A stretch of 64,000 bases of DNA, taken from an uncultured Candidatus Saccharibacteria bacterium. Its GTDB lineage: Bacteria; Patescibacteriota; UBA1384; CAILIB01; JAUSJZ01. The position numbers and the translations under genes were made by a program. Under the pieces are notes generated by a model that was given only the letters and a program-made list of their open reading frames with translations, made no database searches and had not been told where the DNA came from. Positions 19,443 through 27,680 of the stretch are shown here, piece by piece. The stretch's first letter is position 1; each line of letters opens with the position of its first letter. The stretch lies in contig CAYQWZ010000003.1 of the NCBI GenBank assembly GCA_964421635.1, positions 65,712 through 129,711 of the forward strand. Reading direction: 5' to 3'.

Positions 19443-19605
19443 ATTACAAAATTATTACGCAGAATTATTAGGTAGGTAGGATTGTAAATTGAAGTAGTTT
19501 ACGCTAAGCTAGCGGGTGAGATATTAATGCCCGGTGGCCAAATTGGTAAGGCAGCTGATTCTGGATCAGAAGATTGTAGGTTCAACCCCTACCCGGGCAA
19601 CCAAA
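19443..19605 (+). repeat. Direct repeat copy 1 (tRNA-Gln plus upstream region)
   Basis: Near-identical to 20497-20663 (two substitutions, one TAGG unit fewer). Confidence 0.95.
19528..19603 (+). tRNA. tRNA-Gln(CUG)
   Basis: TGCCCGG/CCGGGCA acceptor stem, TTCTGGA anticodon loop, GTTC T-arm, encoded CCA. Confidence 0.93.
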
Positions 19606-19709
19606 CGAAAGACCTCTGCTAATCGGAAATCTTTTCATTTGACTTCTTTTGGGATAAGGTTTGAACCGTGGTGGTTCGACTAAATAATTAACATATTTGG
19701 TGAGTATGT

Positions 19710-20201
19710 CTATTCTAAATCTTTATTTAACCGCAGGCTGCGCGTACTATAGCCATGCTCTTGCAGGAACATCTGCGCTTCTGTATTGTAGCCATACACT
19801 ATAGTCGATAATTCCGTGCCGTACCGGCGGGCCCAGCGCTCTGCTCGTTGCAGCAATTTAGAACCTAAACCTTGGCAACGGTACTTATCTTCAATGTATA
19901 GAGAGCCGATAACTGGCTGTTTGCTGGCCGTGGTTTCGTTATCAGCTGAGGTTTCTTCGATAAAGAGATAGATAACTCCGACAATGGTCTGATCGGCTAC
20001 GGCAACAAAAAGCTGGGTTGTTGATTGTTGCAGAAGTTGGTTATATGTATTGGCGGATAAGATGTAAGGTGGATTCTTCTTCAATGGGGAACGGGGCGAA
20101 CCCAAATAGTCAGCGTGGTGCAATGCCAACAACAACCGGTTAACTGCTTTATAGTCACCGGATTCTGCTGGGCGAATGGAGAAGTTTTGTTTGCCAGTCA
20201 T
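19710..20201 (-). CDS. GNAT acetyltransferase (copy 2, diverged paralog)
   Basis: LYIEDKYRCQGLGSKL; shares IRxA..DY.AVNRL N-terminus with copy 1. Confidence 0.9.
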   Translation of the reverse strand: MTGKQNFSIRPAESGDYKAVNRLLLALHHADYLGSPRSPLKKNPPYILSANTYNQLLQQSTTQLFVAVADQTIVGVIYLFIEETSADNETTASKQPVIGSLYIEDKYRCQGLGSKLLQRAERWARRYGTELSTIVYGYNTEAQMFLQEHGYSTRSLRLNKDLE

Positions 20202-20241
20202 TTTAATTTATTATACTGTTATTCACTATTAATAGAAGAGT

Positions 20242-20264
20242 GAGCCGCCCGTGGCGGGCGGCTC
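20242..20264 (-). terminator. Hairpin downstream of basic peptide 2
   Basis: GAGCCGCCC...GGGCGGCTC followed by a pyrimidine-rich tract on the minus strand. Confidence 0.55.
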
Positions 20265-20272
20265 GAGGTGTG

Positions 20273-20431
20273 CTAACGCTTCGGTCTTGCTCCTGGCCGG
20301 TACTTCGGTGGCTGATAGCTCGTCCTAGTTGGTCCGGGTCCGGCACCCGGGCCTTTCGGCTTGCTGGTCTGATGCTGGTCACGATGTCGCTTCTGGTTGC
20401 CGGTCGACTGTTTCTTTCGACCGTGTGCCAT
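20273..20431 (-). CDS. 52-aa basic peptide (MAHGRKKQSTGNQKRHRDQHQTSKPKGPGAGPGPTRTSYQPPKYRPGARPKR)
   Basis: ATG after AAAGGAG; paralog of 19262-19402; a different frame from the 87-aa track ORF. Confidence 0.78.
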   Translation of the reverse strand: MAHGRKKQSTGNQKRHRDQHQTSKPKGPGAGPGPTRTSYQPPKYRPGARPKR

Positions 20432-20496
20432 GGCCTTTCTCCTTTCTGTGGATTTCCATCTTTCAAGACGAATAGTCTTAATATATCACTGCTTAT

Positions 20497-20663
20497 ATTA
20501 CAAAATTATTACGCAGAATTATTAGGTAGGTAGGTAGGATTGTAAATTGAAGTAGTCTACGCTAAGCTAGCGGGTGAGATATTAATGTCCGGTGGCCAAA
20601 TTGGTAAGGCAGCTGATTCTGGATCAGAAGATTGTAGGTTCAACCCCTACCCGGGCAACCAAA
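20497..20663 (+). repeat. Direct repeat copy 2
   Basis: Matches 19443-19605. Confidence 0.95.
20586..20661 (+). tRNA. tRNA-Gln(CUG), second copy
   Basis: Identical to copy 1 except C3->T in the acceptor stem. Confidence 0.92.
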
Positions 20664-20779
20664 AAACAATTAAACATTCGGCCTGTCGGCAGGCAGGTAA
20701 CGAATTTTCGACGATTAGTATTCAGAAGAATTAGTCCCAGTTGGGGCTTTTTTGTTTGTCGACAAATTACTTAATGCTA

Positions 20780-20808
20780 TTGACAAAAAAGGCTCTTTAT
20801 AGTATAAA
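20780..20808 (+). promoter_or_regulatory. Sigma-70 promoter
   Basis: TTGACA-N17-TATAAA. Confidence 0.7.
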
Positions 20809-20813
20809 AAACA

Positions 20814-20983
20814 CGGTGCAGCAGAAGCCCGAAAGGGTGTGGTGTCTACCCGCAGCCGACTAATATCAGTGAGACACCGACACGGCGCCAGATCGTTCTG
20901 GAAGTTATGCTGAAGACCCAGGACCTTGCAACCAGGTCAAAGCGGAACTTGCTCATCCCAACGCATCGGGGTGAGCAGTTTTT
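20814..20983 (+). ncRNA. Candidate structured small RNA or leader ending in a terminator
   Basis: Promoter upstream; GCCC-GAAA-GGGT, GGTGTCT/AGACACC, CCAGA/TCTGG and GACCT/AGGTC stems; terminator at 20946-20983. Confidence 0.45.
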
Positions 20984-21027
20984 AATTTTAGAGAAATCCT
21001 TTATGACTACTATGATATTATTAAAAT

Positions 21028-21252
21028 ATGAAAATACAAACAGGCAAATATCGCCACTACAAAGGTAAAGATTATGAAGTAATAGGATTGGGCAGGCATA
21101 GCGAAACGCTTGAAGAGCTAGTAATTTACAAAGCTTTGTACTACTCCAAGGAATACGGAAATAACGCTATTTGGGCTCGCCCAAAGGCAATGTTCTTTGA
21201 AACAGTTGAGGTTGATGGTGAAACAAAGCCTCGTTTTGAGTATACTGGTTAA
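21028..21252 (+). CDS. DUF1653 domain protein
   Basis: GKYRHYKG, HSETLEELVIYKALY, WARP..MF, PRF. Confidence 0.88.
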   Translation: MKIQTGKYRHYKGKDYEVIGLGRHSETLEELVIYKALYYSKEYGNNAIWARPKAMFFETVEVDGETKPRFEYTG

Positions 21253-21253
21253 T

Positions 21254-21640
21254 ATGAAACCTTATGTTGACGATATCGAAAAAATTACCCAAGCAAACGA
21301 AACCTTCCGCACCGTTTTATTTACCACGCCGCTAAGCCAGCTAGTGGTGATGAGCCTAAAACCAAAGGAGGATATCGGACAAGAAATGCACCGTATTGAC
21401 CAGTTCCTACGCGTGGAAAGTGGGGAGGGGCAGGCCATTTTAGATGGTCAAGAGTATGAACTAAAAGACGGATCAGCGCTGGTTGTGCCCGCGGGAGTGG
21501 AGCATAATCTGGTCAATACTTCTGCTGAAAAACCGCTCAAGCTCTACACAATCTATACTCCGCCTGAGCACAAAGACGGCACGGTACATGTTACCAAGGC
21601 GGATGCGGAGGCGGATGAACACGATCATTTTAAAGAATAA
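21254..21640 (+). CDS. Cupin domain protein
   Basis: EDIGQEMH..DQFLRVESG and VPAGVEHN cupin motifs. Confidence 0.88.
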   Translation: MKPYVDDIEKITQANETFRTVLFTTPLSQLVVMSLKPKEDIGQEMHRIDQFLRVESGEGQAILDGQEYELKDGSALVVPAGVEHNLVNTSAEKPLKLYTIYTPPEHKDGTVHVTKADAEADEHDHFKE

Positions 21641-21657
21641 AAAAGTAATCTAATGTT

Positions 21658-22800
21658 ATGAAAAGAAGTTTTCAATTTGCTCTGGGGGCTTTAGCCGCGG
21701 TAGTGCTGCCCGTCAGCATTGTCTGGGCTGCATCCTCGAGTAGTGATATGCAAAGTTTTCGTCTAGGTGACGATTTATTTATCGCTGGCCAAAGTGTAAT
21801 TGTAGATGAAGATGTAGAAGGTGATCTTTATGTGGCTGGTGAGAATATCCATGTTAACGGTGATGTTGGCGGCGATGTTACCTTTGGCGCCCACAGTTTA
21901 ACTATTGATGGTGAAGTTGCTGGAACAGTTCGCGGTGGTGGTCAATCAATAAATATCAACGGATCAGTCGGTCAGACAGTATTGATTGGTGGGCAAGATA
22001 TTAGTATCAATGAAGGATTAAAAGCGACTGTCAAAAATATTATGATTGGCGGACAAAGAGTAATCGTTAATCGACCAGTCAGTGGTGCTTTAGCGGTCGG
22101 AGCTTACACTCTTGAGCTAGACGGACCAGTTGCCGGTCAAGCCGATATCGCTGTCGAAGAGGCAATACTGGGTGATAGTGCAACACTTGGTGAAATTGTG
22201 ACATATTACAACGACAAAGATGATACAGACACTCAAACAGAACTTGAAGCTATTACAGCCGGAACCTTGACTCGCAAAGATGCTACACATTATGACAAAG
22301 GTGCTTATAAAAGTGTCGCAGTCGCCAGTTTCACCGCTTCAGCCCTCGGTCAACTACTATCGACTCTAACTGCTGTGCTGTTTGCTCTGGTTATTTATTG
22401 GTTATTTCCAAAAGCTACCTCTAGCTTAGTTGAGCTTCAAAGAAAGAGAACTTGGTTAGTGGTGCTGTTCGGAATCCTTTCCATTCCTTTGGTTGGCATA
22501 GTGGCTCTAATTATGTTTGTCACCGGTGTATTTGCGCCTTTGGCTTTGCTGTTATTAGTCTTGTCCATTCCGGTAGTTATCCTTTCTATCGCCAGCGTTT
22601 ATCAGAATACCGGTCAAGCGCTCTCTAAGAGTGGAGATAATAAAAAAGGATTAGCAATTGTGGTCGGTGGTATTGTTTTCTGGATTTTATACTTAATTCC
22701 AGTTGTTGGCGCTTTAGTCGGAACTATCGCTTTCATATTAGGAACAGGAAGCGTTATTGTAATGTTTTTACAAAGCGTCAAAGCTTTGCCTGCTAAATAG
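21658..22800 (+). CDS. Secreted beta-helix (bactofilin/polymer-forming-like) repeat protein with C-terminal TM bundle
   Basis: Signal peptide; repeated V.GDL.V.G..I.V.G units; about 5 C-terminal TM helices. Confidence 0.7.
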   Translation: MKRSFQFALGALAAVVLPVSIVWAASSSSDMQSFRLGDDLFIAGQSVIVDEDVEGDLYVAGENIHVNGDVGGDVTFGAHSLTIDGEVAGTVRGGGQSININGSVGQTVLIGGQDISINEGLKATVKNIMIGGQRVIVNRPVSGALAVGAYTLELDGPVAGQADIAVEEAILGDSATLGEIVTYYNDKDDTDTQTELEAITAGTLTRKDATHYDKGAYKSVAVASFTASALGQLLSTLTAVLFALVIYWLFPKATSSLVELQRKRTWLVVLFGILSIPLVGIVALIMFVTGVFAPLALLLLVLSIPVVILSIASVYQNTGQALSKSGDNKKGLAIVVGGIVFWILYLIPVVGALVGTIAFILGTGSVIVMFLQSVKALPAK

Positions 22801-22818
22801 TACAAAGGGTTAGATAAG

Positions 22819-23048
22819 GGCTAATATTGTTTGTTTGGCATCTAATGTAGTTTGGTTGAACAATGACCTGTTAGTAAGTAGTTTGTTCGAGCGCTCAGTC
22901 ATATAATCCGAAGCCTTCCTACGGAAGTCTTCTCCTTACGGAGCCAATTAAAATTGTCTCCTAAAACAGTGTCCGCTCTTAATATAAAAAAGCTCTCAAA
23001 ACTACTTACTAGCAGGCTCTAACGACAACAAGCAAACAATATCTAGCC
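22819..23048 (+). ncRNA. 6S-like rod-shaped RNA candidate
   Basis: Closing stem ATATTGTTTGTTTG/CAAGCAAACAATAT, open bubble, stem CCTGTTAGTAAGTAGTTT/AAACTACTTACTAGCAGG; G-U pairs favour the plus strand. Confidence 0.55.
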
Positions 23049-23052
23049 TAAT

Positions 23053-24243
23053 CTAGTCTTTGTTCAATTTTCCAATGGATTTGGCGATTTTTGAGGCGAC
23101 TTCTTTATTTAACGGATTTGGCAAAATCTTTTTGGCGGTTGGATTTTTCACCATTTTGGCCAAAGTATGGGCGGCCGCGATTTTCATTTTTGTTGTAATT
23201 TTTGTTAGCCGATAATCTGCAACCGCTTTGAAAATACCTGGGAAGACCAAAACATTATTTACTTGGTTGGCGAAGTCGGAGCGGCCGGTGGCCACAACTT
23301 TTGCACCGGCCGCCAAAGCGATATCGGGCATAATTTCGGGAGTAGGGTTAGCCATAGCAAAAATTATTGCATCTTTTGACATTGATTTAATCATTTTTGA
23401 AGTAATGAGGTTTGGCTTGGAGACCCCGATAATAATATCGGCATCTTTGACGGCGTGCTCTAAAGTTCCGCACAGCTTTTGCTTGTTTATGGCTTCGTTA
23501 ACGGCGTGTTTGTAATCGTTTAAATCTTGGCGTTTTGAGCAGATGGCGCCTTTTGAATCGACTAAAATTACATCGCCTAAAACCTGATTAGCGTCTTTTT
23601 TGACAAACTTGCCATGGCGTCTTTCTAATCCCATTAAAAGTTGAGTAATAGCTATACCCGCAGCGCCTGCGCCAATAATAACCGCTTTCATATCTTTGGG
23701 CTTTTTATTCACAACTTTTGCGGCGTTCAGCAGGGCCGCTAGAACTACAATAGCGGTGCCGTGTTGATCATCATGGAAAACGGCGATTGGCAAATTTTGC
23801 AATGCATCCTCTACTATAAAACAGTTTGGAGCGGCGATATCTTCTAAATTTATTCCCACAAAACTGGGTGCAATCTGTTTAACAAATTTAATAATTTCAT
23901 CAGGATCTTGCGTATCTATTACTAAAGGAATTGAATCAACACCACCAAACTCGCGCATTAAAACAGATTTTCCCTCCATTACGGGTAAGGATGCGGCCGC
24001 GCCAATGTTGCCAAGCCCAAGCACCGCTGAGCCATCTGAAACCACGGCCACGGCGCGGCCGCGCCAAGTTAAATCAAACGACCTTTTTTCGTCTTTAGCA
24101 ATCGCCCGACAGGGTTCAGCCACACCGGGAGTATAGGCCAAAGATAAATCCTGCTTCGTTTTTAGAGATACTTTTGAGCGAGTCTCTAATTTGCCGCCGT
24201 TCTTTTTGTGAAATTTTAAAGAGTCTTGATAGATATCAGACAT
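23053..24243 (-). CDS. NAD(P)-dependent malic enzyme
   Basis: LAYTPGVA, VMEGKS, INLEDI, FHDDQHGTA, GAGAAG, ANPTPE. Confidence 0.95.
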   Translation of the reverse strand: MSDIYQDSLKFHKKNGGKLETRSKVSLKTKQDLSLAYTPGVAEPCRAIAKDEKRSFDLTWRGRAVAVVSDGSAVLGLGNIGAAASLPVMEGKSVLMREFGGVDSIPLVIDTQDPDEIIKFVKQIAPSFVGINLEDIAAPNCFIVEDALQNLPIAVFHDDQHGTAIVVLAALLNAAKVVNKKPKDMKAVIIGAGAAGIAITQLLMGLERRHGKFVKKDANQVLGDVILVDSKGAICSKRQDLNDYKHAVNEAINKQKLCGTLEHAVKDADIIIGVSKPNLITSKMIKSMSKDAIIFAMANPTPEIMPDIALAAGAKVVATGRSDFANQVNNVLVFPGIFKAVADYRLTKITTKMKIAAAHTLAKMVKNPTAKKILPNPLNKEVASKIAKSIGKLNKD

Positions 24244-24298
24244 GTAAAAAAGTTACTTACGAACTTAATTATAGCTTAATGGTCAAATGGCAATAATG

Positions 24299-25048
24299 CT
24301 ATTTCAATTCAAAGGTGACGGTAATTGAAGCGTTTATGGTTTGTTCACCCGGGTTAATTCGACTTGAATCTGCGCTAGCTGTTTCTCCAATATCAGCGGC
24401 AGCGATTCCTAAACTTTTTGACAAAGGATAGTAATCGTTGCTAGAAGCCGCGCTGGGCGTTAAACTCAGAATGCGACCAATTCTTTGACCATTAGCGGTA
24501 GCCATTGCTTCTGCTTGTGATTTAGCATCGGCTAAAGCTTCCGCTTGAGCTTCAGCTTGATGAGCCACAACTTCTGCTTTAGATAAATCGAAGTTTGGAC
24601 CAGCCACACTTTTAGCTTCATTCTTGGTTAAAATACTAATTACAGATTCGGCTTTAGAAGTATCCTTCAAATTAATTACAAAGGATGTGCTAGCGATGTA
24701 TCCTTCTTCGGTCACTTTACCTCTATCATATTTAGTTTTAGGATAAACAGAAACAGAAGTTTCGATATCCTTCTTGGCAATGCCGGCGGCTATTATTTGA
24801 TTGACCACCTCAGTAGCTTTGGCAGAGTTTTCTTTGTTGGCAGTATTTTGATTAGCGTTTTCGTTCTCTAAACTAGCGGTAATGCGTGCTTCATCTGGCG
24901 TGGCCTGTACTTCAGCGCTAGCGGTAACAGTTATTTTGGGCACATTATTGACATTGGAGTTAACAGAGTTAGTCACCAAATAGGTGAGAGCGATAATAAT
25001 TATCCAGCTTAAAATAATTTTTAAAGGTCGAGCATCAAAAATATTCAT
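24299..25048 (-). CDS. SIMPL/DUF541 domain protein
   Basis: ITVTASAEVQATPDEA, ALADAKSQAEAMA, INPGEQTINASITVTFEL. Confidence 0.85.
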   Translation of the reverse strand: MNIFDARPLKIILSWIIIIALTYLVTNSVNSNVNNVPKITVTASAEVQATPDEARITASLENENANQNTANKENSAKATEVVNQIIAAGIAKKDIETSVSVYPKTKYDRGKVTEEGYIASTSFVINLKDTSKAESVISILTKNEAKSVAGPNFDLSKAEVVAHQAEAQAEALADAKSQAEAMATANGQRIGRILSLTPSAASSNDYYPLSKSLGIAAADIGETASADSSRINPGEQTINASITVTFELK

Positions 25049-25149
25049 AAAATTAAATTACTTCATATATTAATATATCAAAAATAGAAGTTATCTTCTG
25101 TCATCAAAATTTAATGTGTGATAAATTTGGTTTAGGAGGATCTATAACT

Positions 25150-25569
25150 ATGGCTATGGCTGTAGGTTTGCCGGAGTCGATGAGCTGTCTGAGTGAAGAA
25201 ACAAAGGAGACAGAGACCGACAGAAGTTTTTGGAAAAGAGAATTGACAGTAATGTTGAGTGTCATGTCGATAGTGGCAATGGAGGTAGGAGTGCCTGAAA
25301 GCTATCTTCTATGTCATAATCCTAAAAACAATACTTGGTTTATTGTCATTTTTTCGGCAGAGAAAAATGTTTGCGAAGCTCATGCTTTAATGTTCAATGT
25401 TGGCAGAGAAGTTGACGGATACGATAGAGAAGCAGCTGATAATCTATTGCCAGAGTTTGATGAAATGACAGGTGTGAGTGAAGAGTTGAGAGTAGCAATT
25501 AAGGCGGCTTTCGTTACTCAAAGACGACATTGGCAACAAAGTAGGGGGGCTGCATGGGCCAGACAATAA
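25150..25569 (+). CDS. Hypothetical protein (islet)
   Basis: ATG after AGGAGG; start uncertain; no recognisable motif. Confidence 0.45.
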   Translation: MAMAVGLPESMSCLSEETKETETDRSFWKRELTVMLSVMSIVAMEVGVPESYLLCHNPKNNTWFIVIFSAEKNVCEAHALMFNVGREVDGYDREAADNLLPEFDEMTGVSEELRVAIKAAFVTQRRHWQQSRGAAWARQ

Positions 25570-25710
25570 CCATGGAAAGAACAAGGTATCCGTTAATGTT
25601 CGTTCCTCGGCCAAAAATAGTAGCTCAAGGCAGTAAGACTCGAAAATGGTTTCGTAGCAAAGCAAGTCAAAGATCTCGAAGACGCACTTCCTGATCTATA
25701 CAAACTTAAG

Positions 25711-25737
25711 GGGCGTGCGTGTAGCACGCCTTTTTTT
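25711..25737 (+). terminator. Intrinsic terminator
   Basis: GGCGTGC-gtgta-GCACGCC followed by a T run. Confidence 0.75.
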
Positions 25738-25795
25738 ATTAACTTCAAGCTTATTGTTTTAAACAAAAAAATATGGTAGAGTTAACCCGATAAAA

Positions 25796-26848
25796 ATGAA
25801 AAAAACCTATCTAGACAATTTAGTAAATCCTATAATTGGCCTGTCACCTATGGATGGAGTAACAGATGCGCCGTTTCGCCAAATTACGGCTGAAATTGGT
25901 AATCCTTCTTTAATATTTACGGAATTTGCATCTGTTGAAGGATTGGCCCGTAACGCTACAGCTTTACTGCAGCATTTTCGCTACAGCGAGAAAGAGCGGC
26001 CGATTATTGCCCAGCTTTACGGCATTGAGCCCGAATCTTTCCGTGTAGCCACTATAATTGCTTGTTTTTTAGGATTCGACGGTATTGATATCAACATGGG
26101 TTGTCCGGCTAAAAAAGTTTCGCGCCGTGGTGCTGGTGCGGCACTAATAACTAATACTAAATTAGCGGAGCAGATTATAACATCTTGTAAAGTGGGCTTA
26201 ACAGATTTTGCTGAAGGAATTAAGCTTGAAGATCTTGAGCTGAAAACAAAAATGAAAAATGCTATTTCTAAACTGCAAAAAGAGAACGGCATTAATGCAG
26301 ATAAACTCGAGAGAAAGATTTTGCCCTTATCCGTAAAAACGAGAATCGGTTTCGATAAACCAGCAGTTGAAGATTGGTTTTCATTTTTGGCCAAGCAAGA
26401 TTTAGCTATGATTTCAATTCATGGGCGGACGCTGAAACAAATGTATGGCGGAGAGGCAGATTGGGCAAATATTGCAGCGGCCGCAAAAATTATTAAAAAG
26501 GATAGCCAGGCTCTGGTACTAGGTAACGGAGATATCACTACTAGGGTCGAGGCAATAGAGCATATAAAAAAATATAAAGTTGATGGTGTACTCATTGGAA
26601 GGGCAGCTTTAGGCAATCCTTGGGTATTTTTAGGATACAATGCTTCAAAAAATGAGAGAATTGATTTGGCAATAAAACATGCAAAAATTCATGAGGTCAC
26701 ATACAAGCCGGCTGCGTTTTCAGCTTTTCGTAGACATTTAGCCGCTTATATAAAGGATATTAGAGGAGCAGCAAAATTGCGAGCCAAATTAATGCAGGTC
26801 AATAACGCCTCTGAGGTAGCAAAACTGTTAAAAAATTCGGCTAGATAA
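25796..26848 (+). CDS. tRNA-dihydrouridine synthase (Dus family)
   Basis: LSPMDGVTD, IDINMGCP, SVKTRIG, IHGRT, GNGDI, LIGRAALGNPW. Confidence 0.93.
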   Translation: MKKTYLDNLVNPIIGLSPMDGVTDAPFRQITAEIGNPSLIFTEFASVEGLARNATALLQHFRYSEKERPIIAQLYGIEPESFRVATIIACFLGFDGIDINMGCPAKKVSRRGAGAALITNTKLAEQIITSCKVGLTDFAEGIKLEDLELKTKMKNAISKLQKENGINADKLERKILPLSVKTRIGFDKPAVEDWFSFLAKQDLAMISIHGRTLKQMYGGEADWANIAAAAKIIKKDSQALVLGNGDITTRVEAIEHIKKYKVDGVLIGRAALGNPWVFLGYNASKNERIDLAIKHAKIHEVTYKPAAFSAFRRHLAAYIKDIRGAAKLRAKLMQVNNASEVAKLLKNSAR

Positions 26849-26890
26849 TGGTATAATTTCTATATAGATAAGTAACAAAGGAGATTAATT

Positions 26891-27028
26891 ATGGATACTC
26901 CAGATCCAGTTGCACCTGCAGATGATCCTGCAGCAGCACCAGCTGATGTACCAGTAATGCCAGAAGAAGAGGAAGAAGAGGGAAACGAGGAGGAAGCTCC
27001 TGTTGATCCTGCTGTTCCAGCTGAGTAA
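26891..27028 (+). CDS. 45-aa acidic Pro/Ala/Glu-rich peptide
   Basis: TGgTATAAT, AAGGAG SD, MDTPDPVAPADDPAAAPADVPVMPEEEEEEGNEEEAPVDPAVPAE, downstream hairpin. Confidence 0.7.
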   Translation: MDTPDPVAPADDPAAAPADVPVMPEEEEEEGNEEEAPVDPAVPAE

Positions 27029-27038
27029 ATAAAAAATT

Positions 27039-27091
27039 AAAACCGTCACTATCTATTGGGAATTATTTACCAATAGCGGCTGACGGTTTTT
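27039..27091. terminator. Probable bidirectional terminator
   Basis: AAAACCGTCA...TATTGG-loop-CCAATA...TGACGGTTTT between convergent genes. Confidence 0.65.
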
Positions 27092-27134
27092 GTTTTACCC
27101 AATTTCACAATTAAAAAAGCGAGATCTCTCTCGC

Positions 27135-27623
27135 TCAGGTGGGTGCTCTGAAGGCCAAAACGATGTCTGGTCTGAGCCGGAATGTGTATTCTTCGTTACG
27201 AGGAATGAAAGTAGTCGGAGGGTCAGCAATGATAGCTTCTGCTTCGAGAGGAACGAAGAACCAAGGCATACAATCTCTCCATTCAAATAAGGAGAGGTTT
27301 GCTCGTTGGAGTATGTCTTTAACAGTAGGGAGCTGAGATAGTAGCCAGGCAATCTCTTCTTTGCTTAACATTTGTGGCAGTCTCTTCCAAGCAAGACTAT
27401 GCAACCACAGCGTGTCGCAGCCTTCTTGTAGGGTTAATCCATCTTCTTGTCGAAGAAAACCAGGGACGCTTAGCAAAACTCGTAGACCAGAAACGGTAAA
27501 GTAATTCTCTTCTGGAGTGTCAGATCTTCGAAAATCAATATCGTAATTATTTACCTTACCATCACAACAAATCTGAACTGCTCCAGCTGTCCATCCTCTA
27601 CTTATGCCATTGGCATGATTCAT
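27135..27623 (-). CDS. Hypothetical protein (islet)
   Basis: ATG27623 after AAGGAGG; open frame of 162 aa. Confidence 0.55.
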   Translation of the reverse strand: MNHANGISRGWTAGAVQICCDGKVNNYDIDFRRSDTPEENYFTVSGLRVLLSVPGFLRQEDGLTLQEGCDTLWLHSLAWKRLPQMLSKEEIAWLLSQLPTVKDILQRANLSLFEWRDCMPWFFVPLEAEAIIADPPTTFIPRNEEYTFRLRPDIVLAFRAPT

Positions 27624-27680
27624 GTTTGCCTCCTTGGCAACAATTATATTTTGCCCATAAAGTGGGTGTATAATCAAGTT

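Noticed and set aside
19650-19682. tRNA-like fragment GGTTTGAACC...GGTTCGAC
   Set aside because: No cloverleaf or acceptor stem can be formed
20203-20533. Track ORFs of 87 aa (-) and 97 aa (+)
   Set aside because: The SD-led 52-aa frame has a clear paralog; these two are shadow frames
19443-20663. Integrated prophage or island att sites
   Set aside because: The whole tRNA and its upstream region are duplicated, not just a 3' end, and there is no integrase
20592-20774. 60-aa ORF
   Set aside because: It overlaps tRNA-Gln and its terminator region
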